Part shown: piece by piece, positions 10,187-20,500 of the stretch
How positions within the stretch are numbered: position 1 is the stretch's first letter
How the letters are laid out: each line of letters begins with the position of its first letter
From: Deltaproteobacteria bacterium
GTDB taxonomy: Bacteria; Myxococcota; JACRCW01
Assembly (NCBI GenBank): GCA_016218805.1
Contig: JACRCW010000157.1
Coordinates: 1 to 64,000 of the forward strand
DNA length: 64,000 bases
Reading direction: 5' to 3'
Position numbers and translations under genes: made by a program
Notes under the pieces: model-generated
Seen by the model: only the letters and a program-made list of their open reading frames with translations
The model's database searches: none
What the model was told of the DNA's origin: nothing

Positions 10187-10266
10187 GGCGGCACCCGGAG
10201 GGTTGCCTTAAGCTAGTTGCTCCCGGCCGCCGGCGCATCCCCGCGGCGCGGCGAGGAGGTCTGGCC

Positions 10267-11475
10267 GTGACGGACATCAAGCGCCCCCCACCCAGCCCCA
10301 GTGCCGGCGGGCTCCACGGCCACGCCAAACGGGACTTCTTCCGCGGGGCCATGACCAAACACCTGGTGAAGGGGGCCGCCGGCGGCGCGCGCGGCGTGGA
10401 CTACCAGGACTTTGAGGCGGAGAACCGCGAGCGCGCGGCCAACGCGCCGCGCACCGCCAGCGCCACGGGACCGGACGCCGTGGGCGCGGCGGATGGTGAC
10501 GGCGGTGGCGGCCGGCAGCAGCAGCAGCAGGCGCAAGGCACCAGCGACTTCATCAACTACGACGCGGTGCAGGCGCCCGTGGTGAAGGACGGGACGCCGG
10601 CGGCGCTCAAGGAGGAGGAGAAGAAGAAGAAGAAGCTGCAGCAGCAACAGCACGACCCGGACAAGGAAGGCTCCGGCGAGGACGCGGAGGCCGGCGGGGT
10701 GGACGTGCTGGCGGAGCCCAACGGCGCGCTGCACCACCAGCAGATCCTCTCCTCCATTGCCAGGCTGCTGGCTGACCCCAATACCGAGCGGCAGGTCTAC
10801 GGCGCGTTTTTGCTCATGGACCCTGAGCAGATGAAGAAGACGCTGGGCACGCCCATCCGGGTGGCCAAGCACCTGCTGGTGCTGGCGGACCGCATGGTCC
10901 AGCGCGGCCAGCCGCGGACCGACGTGCTGGACTACGTGGCCGGCACGTTCCTCAAGCTGGGGCCGGAGTTCGGCAAGCGCGCGTTCTCGGATTACTCGCG
11001 CAACATTGGCATTGGGAGCATCTACCCGCTGGAGGTGCGGGAGAAGCTGGTGCTGGCCGACGACAAATTCCTCCCCACCCTCAAGTGCCGCTTCACCTCA
11101 TCCAAGCGGATGCTGGCGGGCAAGGTGAAGGAGACCATTGTGCTGCAGTACCCGGATGACGTGACCATCACCGAGTTTGCGGTGAAGGGGGGCACGCGTA
11201 AGGGTTACCAATTGGTGCCCATGAAGGAGAAGGGTAAACACGGGCTGCGGTTCTTTGAGCCGGGGCCCTACCAGGTGCTGATCATGAGCACGGACCCCAT
11301 GGGGTTTGAGCGCATGGAGGAGATCCGCGTGGAGGTCACCGGTGTGGTGGAGAAACCGGCCGCCGCCAACCCCGGCGTCCCGCGCCCCACCGCGCGGTTC
11401 AGCTTTGACCGCCTCCGGCAGCAGCGCGAAGCGGCCGCAGCCAAGGCCGCCACGGATCCCCCCAAGGCGCAATGA
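10267..11475 (+). CDS. Hypothetical protein with low-complexity N-terminal half
   Basis: GAGGAGG then GTG at 10267; poly-Q, poly-E and poly-K tracts followed by a globular region. Confidence 0.75.
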   Translation: MTDIKRPPPSPSAGGLHGHAKRDFFRGAMTKHLVKGAAGGARGVDYQDFEAENRERAANAPRTASATGPDAVGAADGDGGGGRQQQQQAQGTSDFINYDAVQAPVVKDGTPAALKEEEKKKKKLQQQQHDPDKEGSGEDAEAGGVDVLAEPNGALHHQQILSSIARLLADPNTERQVYGAFLLMDPEQMKKTLGTPIRVAKHLLVLADRMVQRGQPRTDVLDYVAGTFLKLGPEFGKRAFSDYSRNIGIGSIYPLEVREKLVLADDKFLPTLKCRFTSSKRMLAGKVKETIVLQYPDDVTITEFAVKGGTRKGYQLVPMKEKGKHGLRFFEPGPYQVLIMSTDPMGFERMEEIRVEVTGVVEKPAAANPGVPRPTARFSFDRLRQQREAAAAKAATDPPKAQ

Positions 11476-11492
11476 GCCGCGCACGCGCCGGC

Positions 11493-12668
11493 TCAGACCC
11501 GGTCCAGCTCTTCCGCCAGCGCGTCCACGCCCGCATCCAGTTCGTCATCCAGCAGGTACGGCGCGGGCCCCAACCGCAGCAGGTCCCCGCGGTGGTCCAC
11601 CCACACGCCGCGCTGCCGCAGGCGCAGCTCCACCTCCCCCGCCCTGGGCGTGCGCAGCGAGATGAACCCGCCCCGCCGTTGCGCTTCCTGCGGTGTCTGC
11701 AACGGCGCACGGTCCAGCACGCCGCGTGCGCGCAGCCGGTCCAACAGGCGCTGCGTCATCCGCAGTGACAGGGCGCGCAGCGCGGGGACGTCCAGGTGGA
11801 ACGCGTCAAAGTTCGCCAGCGCGGCTTCCGCGCGGTAGGCGGCGGACCCGTCAAACGTGGCGCCGTGGAAGCGCGCACCGCCCTCGCCGTACCCCACGGT
11901 GGCCACGCGCTCGCGCCCCAGCGCGTCAAAGTCCGCAAACCAGCCCGTGTACAGCGGCCGCACCGCCGCCGCGGGGGGCAGGCGCATGAAACACAGGCCT
12001 TCGCCGAATTGGGCGTATTTGTACCCGCCCGCCGTCACGTACACGTGGTCCAGCGCGGGACCCAGGTCCAGCGGCACCACGTTGAACGCATGGTACGCGT
12101 CCACCAGCACGGGCACGCCCAGTTCCCGCGCGCGCGCCAGCAGCCCGGGCAGCCCGGCCACGACGTGGCTGTCCTCGAACAACACCGCGCTCAGGGCCAG
12201 CAGGTGCGTCTGCGGCGTGAGCGCGCGGGCCAGGCGCTCAGCCAGTCCCTCCCGCGCCCGCGCGTCGACGAGGTGGACATCCGCGCCCGCCTCAGCCAGC
12301 CGCGCCAGCTGCCGGTGCAGCGAGTGGAACTCACTGGTGGTGCTCACCACGCGCGTGCCCTGGCCCAGCGGGAAGCAGCTCAGCAGGCGGAACACCAGCT
12401 CATGCGTGCTCTTGCCAAATGCCACGGCGTCGTCGGGTGGCAGGCCCAGGCGCGCCAGGATGCCGCGGCGCACGCGCTCCAGCACGGGGAAGACCGCCAG
12501 TTCCCACTTCTCGTCCACAAACCGCGCCGCGTCGTCAAAGTAGCGCTCCTGGGCAGCGCGCGCGGCATCCGGCCACGCCTGGTGGCTGTGGCCCGTGAGC
12601 AGCACCCGCCCGGGTCTGAGGAACGCGGAGTACCCGCGCCGGAACGCGGTGACGTCGAAGTTATTCAT
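11493..12668 (-). CDS. Kynureninase-like PLP-dependent enzyme (class V aminotransferase fold)
   Basis: LTGHSHQAWPD, LVDAYH, GGYKY (PLP Lys), YTGWFA, LRLGPAPY. Confidence 0.85.
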   Translation of the reverse strand: MNNFDVTAFRRGYSAFLRPGRVLLTGHSHQAWPDAARAAQERYFDDAARFVDEKWELAVFPVLERVRRGILARLGLPPDDAVAFGKSTHELVFRLLSCFPLGQGTRVVSTTSEFHSLHRQLARLAEAGADVHLVDARAREGLAERLARALTPQTHLLALSAVLFEDSHVVAGLPGLLARARELGVPVLVDAYHAFNVVPLDLGPALDHVYVTAGGYKYAQFGEGLCFMRLPPAAAVRPLYTGWFADFDALGRERVATVGYGEGGARFHGATFDGSAAYRAEAALANFDAFHLDVPALRALSLRMTQRLLDRLRARGVLDRAPLQTPQEAQRRGGFISLRTPRAGEVELRLRQRGVWVDHRGDLLRLGPAPYLLDDELDAGVDALAEELDRV

Positions 12669-13603
12669 GGGCCGGGTGTATTCGGACGCTGCTCCATGCG
12701 CCAGCAGCGGTGGATGTCACGCTGGCGGAAGTCATCCGGGATGGAGGCGGGAGTCAGCTCGCGGCAGGTGGTGCCGTGGAACGCGCGCTCATCCGGGCGG
12801 AACCCGCGGAAGTTGGTGGAGAAGTAGAGGACGCCGCCCGGCGCCAGCCGCGCCCGTACGCGCGCCAGCAGGTCCACGTGGTCGCGCTGCACGTCCCACG
12901 TGGTCCCCACGCGCCCGCCGGAAGAAAAGCTCGGCGGGTCAACGATGGCGAGGTCAAACATGCCGGTGGCGTGGGGCAGCCACTCCAACACATCCGCGCG
13001 GATGAAGCGGTGGCCGGGGCCGTCCAACCCGTTGAGCGTCAGGTTGGCGCGCGCCCACTCCAGGTAGCGCGGGGACGCGTCCACGCTGGTGGTCTCCGTT
13101 GCACCGCCGTGGGCGGCGTACACGGTGAACGCGCCCGTGTAACAGAACAGGTTCAGCACGCGGCGGCCCTTCGCCTCGTCACGCACCAGGGCGCGCGTGC
13201 GGCGGTGGTCCATGAACAGCCCGGTGTCCACGTACTGGTCCAGGTCCACCAGGAAGCGCTGTCCCTGTTCGCGCACCTCCAGGCGTGGGCCGTCCTGCTC
13301 CGCCTTCTCGTACTGCGTCTCGCCCGGTGCGTGGCGCCGCCGGACCTTGAGGTGCACGCGGTCGGCCGGCAGGCGCAGGGTCTCGGCCACCGTCGTCGCC
13401 AGCGCGCGGTGGAAGGCCGCGTCGTCCTGCAGGCCCTGCAGCGCGGTGACCACCACGTGCTCGCCGTAGACGTCCACCGTGCAGCGGAATTCCGGGATGT
13501 CCAGGTCATACAGGCGCCAGGCGGTGAGGTCATGACGCCGCGCAAACGCCTCCAGGCGCGCGCGGTTGCGCACCAGACGGTTGGCCAGCGCCTGCAGTTC
13601 CAT
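12665..13603 (-). CDS. RlmK/RlmI-type 23S rRNA SAM-dependent methyltransferase
   Basis: RLYDLDIPE, DTGLFMDHR, VLNLFCYTG, DPPSFS and FSTNFR, resembling the C-terminal half of RlmKL. Confidence 0.85.
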   Translation of the reverse strand: MELQALANRLVRNRARLEAFARRHDLTAWRLYDLDIPEFRCTVDVYGEHVVVTALQGLQDDAAFHRALATTVAETLRLPADRVHLKVRRRHAPGETQYEKAEQDGPRLEVREQGQRFLVDLDQYVDTGLFMDHRRTRALVRDEAKGRRVLNLFCYTGAFTVYAAHGGATETTSVDASPRYLEWARANLTLNGLDGPGHRFIRADVLEWLPHATGMFDLAIVDPPSFSSGGRVGTTWDVQRDHVDLLARVRARLAPGGVLYFSTNFRGFRPDERAFHGTTCRELTPASIPDDFRQRDIHRCWRMEQRPNTPGP

Positions 13604-13719
13604 GCCGCGCTGCTTGCGGCAGGCCGCGCCGGTGGTCAAGGCGGCGCGCGTGCACATTGCGGCACCGCTGCGCGCGCGCTACTCCCCGCAGCCCCCAACG
13701 CGGGGCCACGGAGGCCGTC

Positions 13720-15516
13720 ATCCACACAGTCCACGGGAACACGCACGGGCTGAAGCCGTCACAGACCAGGGCGCTTGAGAAGCTGTACGCGCGCCGCGTT
13801 GACCCGGCGCAACTGGTGAGCCCGGAACTCGCGCGCACCGTGACCGAACTGGTCCACGAACTCCGCCGCCCGCTCGGCCTGCTGATTGACCGCGGTGGCC
13901 GCGTGGAGGCGGTTGTCCTCGGCACCGAACAGCGCCGCATCTACCTGCCGGACATTGGCCGCGCGCGCGCCGGCCTGGCCCGCCTGCGCGGCGTGCGCCT
14001 GGTGGCCGCGTTCCCCGGCGGTCCCATTGCGCAGCTCCCGCGCGATCTGCTCACGGACCTGCAGAAGCTGCAGCTTGACGCCGTGGCGGCGCTGGGCGTG
14101 GACCCGGCGGGCCTGCCCGGCACGCTGGCGTGGGCGCAGCTGCTGCCACGCTCGGACCCGTCCGGTGAGCGCTACCGCCTCCACGAAGAACCCTCCGTCC
14201 ACGGGCTGCGGCTTGATTTCCAGGAGTTTGTCCGCGCGCTGGAAGATGAGCTGACGCGCGAGACCGTTGACGCGCGCGAGGCCCGGTCCGGCGCGGTCAG
14301 GCAGGACCGCGCCGTCCTGGTGGGCGTGTATGACACCGTCCGCGGTGAGGCGGAGGCGTCCATGATGGAGCTGCGCGAGCTGGCGCGCTCCGCCGGCGTC
14401 ACCGTGGTGGACGTGGTGATGCAGTTCCGCCGGCTGGTGGACCCGCGCACTGTGCTGGGACGCGGCAAGCTGGAGGAGGTGGTGCTGGGCGCGCTGCAGC
14501 ACGGCGCGGACATCATCGTGTTTGATCGTGACCTGTCGCCCAGCCAGCTCAACGCCATCACCCAGGAGACGGAGTTGAAGGTGCTGGACCGCACCATGCT
14601 CATCCTGGACATCTTTGCGCAGCGGGCGCGCACCACCGACGGAAAACTCCAGGTGGAGCTGGCGCAGCTCAAGTACAGCCTGCCGCGCCTGGCCCAGCGC
14701 CAGACCGGCATGAGCCGGCTCACCGGCGGCATCGGCGGCCGCGGTCCCGGCGAGACGCGCCTGGAGATCGACCGGCGGCGCGCCAAGGACCGCGTCAACC
14801 GCCTGGAGAAACAGCTGGAGAAGGTGGCCAGCCAGCGCACGCTGCGCCGGTCCGCCCGCCGCAAGGAGGGGCTGCCCGTCATTTCCATCGTCGGGTACAC
14901 CAACGCGGGCAAGAGCACGTTGCTCAACGCGCTGACCCAGTCGGACGTGTTTGTTGCCAACCAGCTGTTTGCCACGCTGGACCCGGTGTCACGCCGCCTG
15001 CGCTTCCCGCACGAGCGCGAGGTGATCATCACCGACACGGTGGGATTCATCCGCGACCTCCCGGCCGACCTGGTCAACGCTTTCAAGGCCACGCTGGAGG
15101 AGCTGTCTGAGGCGGATCTGCTGCTGCACGTCTTTGACGGTGCGGACCCGGACCATGACCGGCACATCAAGGCGGTGGAGCGCGTGTTGGAGCAGCTGGG
15201 TGTGCAGGAGCGGCCACGGATCCTGGTGATGAACAAGGTGGACCAGCTGGAGGCTGACGTCGTGACCAGGCAGGCCGCGGCGTTGGGCGCCGTCCCCGTC
15301 TCCGCGCTCACGCGGGACGGCATTCCGGCGCTGCTCAACGCGGCGGCGGCCCGGTTGTGGACCGGCCAGCGCACGGATGAGCCCGTGTGGGAACAGGTGG
15401 CGTCTCCCGCCGCGGTGGTCCCCGCCCAGCCGCCCGGACCGCCCTCACATGACGAGCTCCGCCGCACGTGGCTGGAGCCGCCCCGCCCGCCGGCCGAAAC
15501 TCCGACGAGGAACTGA
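13720..15516 (+). CDS. hflX: Ribosome-splitting GTPase HflX (long N-terminal form)
   Basis: LILDIFAQRA, GGRGPGE, GYTNAGKSTL, LFATLDP, DTVGFI, NKVD; start uncertain (ATC 13720 after GGAGG, or TTG 13657). Confidence 0.93.
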   Translation: MHTVHGNTHGLKPSQTRALEKLYARRVDPAQLVSPELARTVTELVHELRRPLGLLIDRGGRVEAVVLGTEQRRIYLPDIGRARAGLARLRGVRLVAAFPGGPIAQLPRDLLTDLQKLQLDAVAALGVDPAGLPGTLAWAQLLPRSDPSGERYRLHEEPSVHGLRLDFQEFVRALEDELTRETVDAREARSGAVRQDRAVLVGVYDTVRGEAEASMMELRELARSAGVTVVDVVMQFRRLVDPRTVLGRGKLEEVVLGALQHGADIIVFDRDLSPSQLNAITQETELKVLDRTMLILDIFAQRARTTDGKLQVELAQLKYSLPRLAQRQTGMSRLTGGIGGRGPGETRLEIDRRRAKDRVNRLEKQLEKVASQRTLRRSARRKEGLPVISIVGYTNAGKSTLLNALTQSDVFVANQLFATLDPVSRRLRFPHEREVIITDTVGFIRDLPADLVNAFKATLEELSEADLLLHVFDGADPDHDRHIKAVERVLEQLGVQERPRILVMNKVDQLEADVVTRQAAALGAVPVSALTRDGIPALLNAAAARLWTGQRTDEPVWEQVASPAAVVPAQPPGPPSHDELRRTWLEPPRPPAETPTRN

Positions 15517-15519
15517 GCC

Positions 15520-16809
15520 GTGGACGCCGCCATCCTGCTTGCTGCGTCACCTGCCCGGCGCCTGGTGCTGGACCTGTGGGAGCGCGCGCGGCGTGACTGG
15601 CCGTTCCTCAGCACGCTGCTGGACGCGGCGTTCCGGCGCGAACCGACCACGGCGGACGACCGCGGCCTCGTTGCCGAGGCGCTGCTGGACATGGTGCGCT
15701 GGCGGCGCACCGTGGGGACGGCGCTCTCCGTGGGTGATGAGGACGGTGCGGCGCTGCTGGAAGGTACGCTGCGCTGGACTGGCCGCCTGGCCCCGGAGCA
15801 GCCCGGCGCGTTGTCGTCGGAGCGCATCGGCCGGCTGCGGGCGTTCGCGGATTCGCTCCACGCGCTCCCCCACGGCGTGGAGCGCGTGGCGCTGGCCGGG
15901 TCACTGCCGGACTGGATTGCGGCCCTGCTGGTGACGGAGCTGGGTGCAGCGCGCGCGGAGGCCGTGGCGCGCGCGCTCAATGAACCGCCGCCGCAGACGC
16001 TGCGCACCAACACGGTGAAGGCAGACCGGGAGGGCGTGCTGTCTCCGTGGGTGGGCCTGGGGATCCCCGCGCGCGCCACCACCCGGTCGCCGTGGGGCAT
16101 TGTGCTGGAGTCGCGCGGGGACGTGTTCGCGCTGCCGGCGTACCGTGAAGGCCTCGCCGAGCCGCAGGACGAGGCGTCCCAACTGGTCTGCATGCTGGTG
16201 GCGCCGCCGCCGGGCGGGCTGGTGGTGGACGCGTGTGCCGGCGCGGGCGGCAAGACGCTGGGCGTGGCCGCCATGCTGCGCAACAAGGGGCGCGTCCTGG
16301 CCCTGGATGTCCATGAGGGCCGGCTGCGCGAGCTGCGCCGCCGCGTGAGCCGCGCGGGACTGCAGAACGTGGAAGCGCGCACCGTGGCGCCGGAGGGGCC
16401 GCTGGAGCCACCGCTGGCCGGGCGGGCGGACCGCGTGCTGGTGGACGCGCCGTGCACGGGGCTGGGGGCACTGCGGCGCAACCCGGAAGCACGCTGGCGG
16501 CTGCAACCGGTGGACCTGGAGCGGCTGCCGGAGGAGCAGTCTGCCATTGCTACGCGCGCGCTGGAGCTGGTGAAGCCGCACGGCCGCCTGGTCTACGCCA
16601 CGTGCAGCTTTGCGCGCGCTGAGGGGGAGGCCGTGGTGGAGCGCCTGCTGTCCGCCCACGCGGGCCTGGAGCGCGTGCGCGCGCGGGAAGTGCTGGGACG
16701 CGCCCTGTCCGACGGCATCACCGACGACGAGGGCTGGTTCATGCGCACCTGGCCGGACCTGCACGGCATGGATGGTTTCTTTGCCGCCGTGTTGCGCCGG
16801 AGGGCGTGA
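15520..16809 (+). CDS. RsmB/NOP family RNA m5C methyltransferase
   Basis: QDEASQL, DACAGAGGKT, VLVDAPCTG, LVYATCS, DGFFAA. Confidence 0.92.
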   Translation: MDAAILLAASPARRLVLDLWERARRDWPFLSTLLDAAFRREPTTADDRGLVAEALLDMVRWRRTVGTALSVGDEDGAALLEGTLRWTGRLAPEQPGALSSERIGRLRAFADSLHALPHGVERVALAGSLPDWIAALLVTELGAARAEAVARALNEPPPQTLRTNTVKADREGVLSPWVGLGIPARATTRSPWGIVLESRGDVFALPAYREGLAEPQDEASQLVCMLVAPPPGGLVVDACAGAGGKTLGVAAMLRNKGRVLALDVHEGRLRELRRRVSRAGLQNVEARTVAPEGPLEPPLAGRADRVLVDAPCTGLGALRRNPEARWRLQPVDLERLPEEQSAIATRALELVKPHGRLVYATCSFARAEGEAVVERLLSAHAGLERVRAREVLGRALSDGITDDEGWFMRTWPDLHGMDGFFAAVLRRRA

Positions 16810-16812
16810 CCC

Positions 16813-17424
16813 TTGCGCGCGCGCCTGCTGACTGGCCGGCAGCTCCATGACGAGGTCATCCGCGCGCGCCTGTTGGGTGCGCGGCGCTCCGTGCTCATTG
16901 CCACGGCCAACGTGAAGGCCATGCTGGTGGAATCCGGCGGGCGCTGGATCCCCATCATTGAGGCGCTGGCGGAGCTGGCCCGCCGCGGCGTGGAGACCCG
17001 CATCCTGCACGCGGACCGCCCATCCCGCCCGTTCCGCGACGCGTTGCAGCGGCACCGCCGCGCGCTGGCGGGGCGGCTGGAAATGCGCGTCTGCCCGCGC
17101 GTCCACTTCAAGCTGGTGCTGGTGGACGGGGGGTGGGCCTACCTGGGCAGCGCCAACCTCACCGGCGCGGGCCTGGGCGCCAAGGACGAGGCCCGGCGCA
17201 ACTTTGAGATCGGGTTGGGCACGGACGACCCGGAGGTGCTGGACCACGCGGACGCGGTGTTCCACGCCGTGTGGAACGGCGCCGAATGCGGCGCGTGCCG
17301 CCTGCGCGACCTGTGTCCCGCACCGCTGGGACCCGCCGCGCCGCGCGCCGCCCGTCGTCGTCCCAGCGGCGCACCGTCCGGCCTGGAGCTGGGACGCCCG
17401 CGCCGCCTGCCCATCCCGCGCTGA
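16813..17424 (+). CDS. Single-HKD phospholipase D / Nuc-like protein with C-terminal Cys motif
   Basis: HFKLVLVD (HxKxxxxD), GSANLT, NFEIG, CGACRLRDLC. Confidence 0.85.
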   Translation: MRARLLTGRQLHDEVIRARLLGARRSVLIATANVKAMLVESGGRWIPIIEALAELARRGVETRILHADRPSRPFRDALQRHRRALAGRLEMRVCPRVHFKLVLVDGGWAYLGSANLTGAGLGAKDEARRNFEIGLGTDDPEVLDHADAVFHAVWNGAECGACRLRDLCPAPLGPAAPRAARRRPSGAPSGLELGRPRRLPIPR

Positions 17425-17511
17425 GCAGTGGGGCAAGGTCGCATGGTGTGTGCGTGACGTGATCACCAGCGGGAGCGTATCGTTCCGGCAACCACTGCAT
17501 GGAGGTAGCAC

Positions 17512-20500
17512 ATGGCGACGGGGAATCGCTGGACGGGTCTGCTTGCGGCATCGTTGTGCCTGGGCGTGTTCTCGGGGTGCGGCGGGTGTTCGGTCACCTC
17601 CGCACCGGGCGAGGGAGAGGACGACGCCGGTCCCAACCAAACCACCGGTGACGGCGGCAACAACACCGCGGGCAGTTCGTCGGGCACCGGGTCCTCCGGC
17701 GCGGGTTCCTCCGGCACTCCCGCCTCCGGCACGTCGCAGGACGTGTCGTCGGGCGGCACCGCCACCTCCGACCTCGGCGCGTCGTCCGCAGGCCAGGGCT
17801 CCTCGCTCGGCACTTCGTCATCGGGTGGGCAGGCGTCCTCCCTCGCCGGCGGTTCGTCCGGCAGCCAGGCGTCGTCCATGACGGCCGCCTCGTCGGCGGG
17901 TGGCGCGTCCTCCGCCGGCACCGCCAGTTCGCTGGCCAGCGCCTCCTCCGGGACGGTGGCGTCGTCGCTCGGGACCGCATCTTCCACGGGGAGCGCCACC
18001 TCCCTGCCGGCGGGGAGTTCGTCCGCCACCCCGGCCACTTCCCTGCCTGTCTCCTCCTCCTCCGCCGGTGGCGCCACCTCGGCGCCTCCCGGTTCGTCGT
18101 CGGGCAGCACCGTGATCTCGTCCTCCGGTACGCCACCGGCGTCGTCGTCCGCGGCGGCTCCGTCGTCCTCGGCGGCGCAACCGTCGTCATCCGCGGCCGC
18201 GCCCTCATCTTCTGCCGCGGCGCCCTCGTCTTCTGCTGCGGCGCCCTCCTCCAGCGGCTGCCCGGCACCGGGCACCGTGGCGGGCTCCGGTTGCACGGGC
18301 AACGGTACGGCGTGTGACACCGCCACCGGCAACATCCTCACCTGCCAGGCGGCCGGCGGTTGCAGCACATGGGTCCAGACGTCGGACTGCGTGGCTCAGC
18401 AGCTGGTGTGCAGCACCGCGGCGGGCGCCCCCGCCTGCCTGTGCGCCCCCAACTCCACCGGTGATCTGTACGTGGACTCCGTCAACGGCAGCGACGCGGT
18501 CACCGCGGGCCTGCGCCCCACCGGTGTGGCGGACCCCGCCGGTTGCCGGTTCGGGACGCTCACCTACGCGTTGTCCCAGGTGACCACGGGGCACCAGGTC
18601 ATCGCCACGGGTGCCGGCGGCAGCGGCATGACGTTCACCAGCGGCTCGTCGCTGACCAACAGTGAGACCTTCCCGCTCAACGTCCCGGCTGACGTGGCGC
18701 TCACCACCAGCGACGCGCCGCTCAACCCTGCGCGGTACACCATCGTCGTCAACAGCGGCGGGTTGGGTGTCACCCTGGCGGACGGAGCCGAACTCAGTGG
18801 CTTCACGGTCGCCGCGGGCGCCGGCGTCACCACTCCCGTGGCGCTGGCCACCTGCACCGCCGGCAGCGTGTTGGTGGATACCGTGGCCATGACCGGGATG
18901 ATGTCCGGCGCCATCACCGTCCACGGCGTGCAGGCGTCCGGCACGTGCGCCGCCACCGTGCTCTCCTTCACGCCCACCGGCCTGTCCGGCAGCGGTGTCC
19001 GCCACGTTTCCACGGGCGCCAGCACCATCACCGGCTCCACGTTTGTCTCCAATACCCGCGGTATCCACCAGACCGCGGGCACGGTGACCGTGGCCTCCGG
19101 CACCACCATCACCGCCAGCACGGGCCGCGGCGTGCTGGTGGACCCGGGCAACGGCACCGCGGCCACGTTCTTCGCCACCGGTCTCACCGTGCAGACCAGC
19201 AGCGCCGCGGGCATTGGCCTGATCCCCGTCACGGGGGCCACGGTGACCGCCACGCTGGACAACTGCACCCTCACGGGCAACGGGCGCGGCAATCCCATCG
19301 CATCCGGAGTGGAAATCAGCGGCGCGGTCACCGCCACGCTCACGGGCGTCACCGCCACCGGCAACTCCCGCGCGGGTCTCCAGGTCGGCGGTGGCACGGT
19401 CACTGTGGTCGGTGGTGCGTTTGACGCCAACGGTCCTCCGTCCAGCTCCGTCCCCGGTGTCAGCGGCGGCATGGAGGTGATCGGCGGGACGGTCACCATC
19501 ACCGGCCCGACGACGGCAGGCGGCAACAACCAGAACGGCGTGGCCCAGGCCGGCGGGACCATCACCGCGGCTGACCTGACCACCGGCCGCAACCAGGTCG
19601 CCGGTGTGGCCATCGTCGGCGGATCCTTCAGCGGTGACCGCCTGGTGTCCTCCAACAACCGCGGCCGGGGCGTGCACGTGCTGCTGGGCAACTCGCCCGG
19701 CATGGCGCTGACCAACGTGCGCCTGACCGACCCCACGCTCAGCCTCAACACCCTGCAGGGCATGGACGTGCAGGCGCCCTCCATCCTCAGCCCCGTGGTT
19801 GGCCTCCACGGCATCGTGTCCGTCACGGACAACGGCCTGGTCACCGGCAGCCTCGGCACCGCGGCCAGCGGCCTGCGCTTTGCGGGCGGCACGGTCACCC
19901 TTGGCGGGAACGTGGGTGACAAGGTGGACGTCGCCGGCAATGGCCTGTTCGGCATCCACCTCGCCGGAGCGCAGGTCACCATGACGGCCGCGGCTGTCCA
20001 TGAGAACGGGATGGTCATTGCGGGCTTCCCCATTGGCGGCGGCCTGGCGGTCACGCCGGAAACCGGCGTGGCCATGAACGTCTCCGGCGGCGAGATCAGC
20101 CGGAACAACGGTTATGGTGTCGTGGTCTCCCGTGCCCCGGCGCTGGCCGGCGGGCAGAACTCGCTGCTGCTTACCGGCGCGGACATCCATGACAACCCGC
20201 TCAACGGCGTGCGCGTGGCCCCGCCCCCCGCGGGCTACGGCCTCCCCAATGGCCCGGTGGCGGCCAGCTTCAACAGCCTGAGCATCCACCACAATGACGC
20301 CACCGGCGTGTACCTGGAGAACACCAATGGCGGCGGCACCGCGGTGGCCCTGACCACCAATGACATCTTCAAGAACGGCACCACTGGGGTCATTACCCCC
20401 GTGGGCGGACTGGAAATCCACAACCAGATTTCACTGGGGACGTTTGCCGGCAACAAGCTGCATGACAACGCGGGGCACCAGATGCGCGTGCAACAGAACG

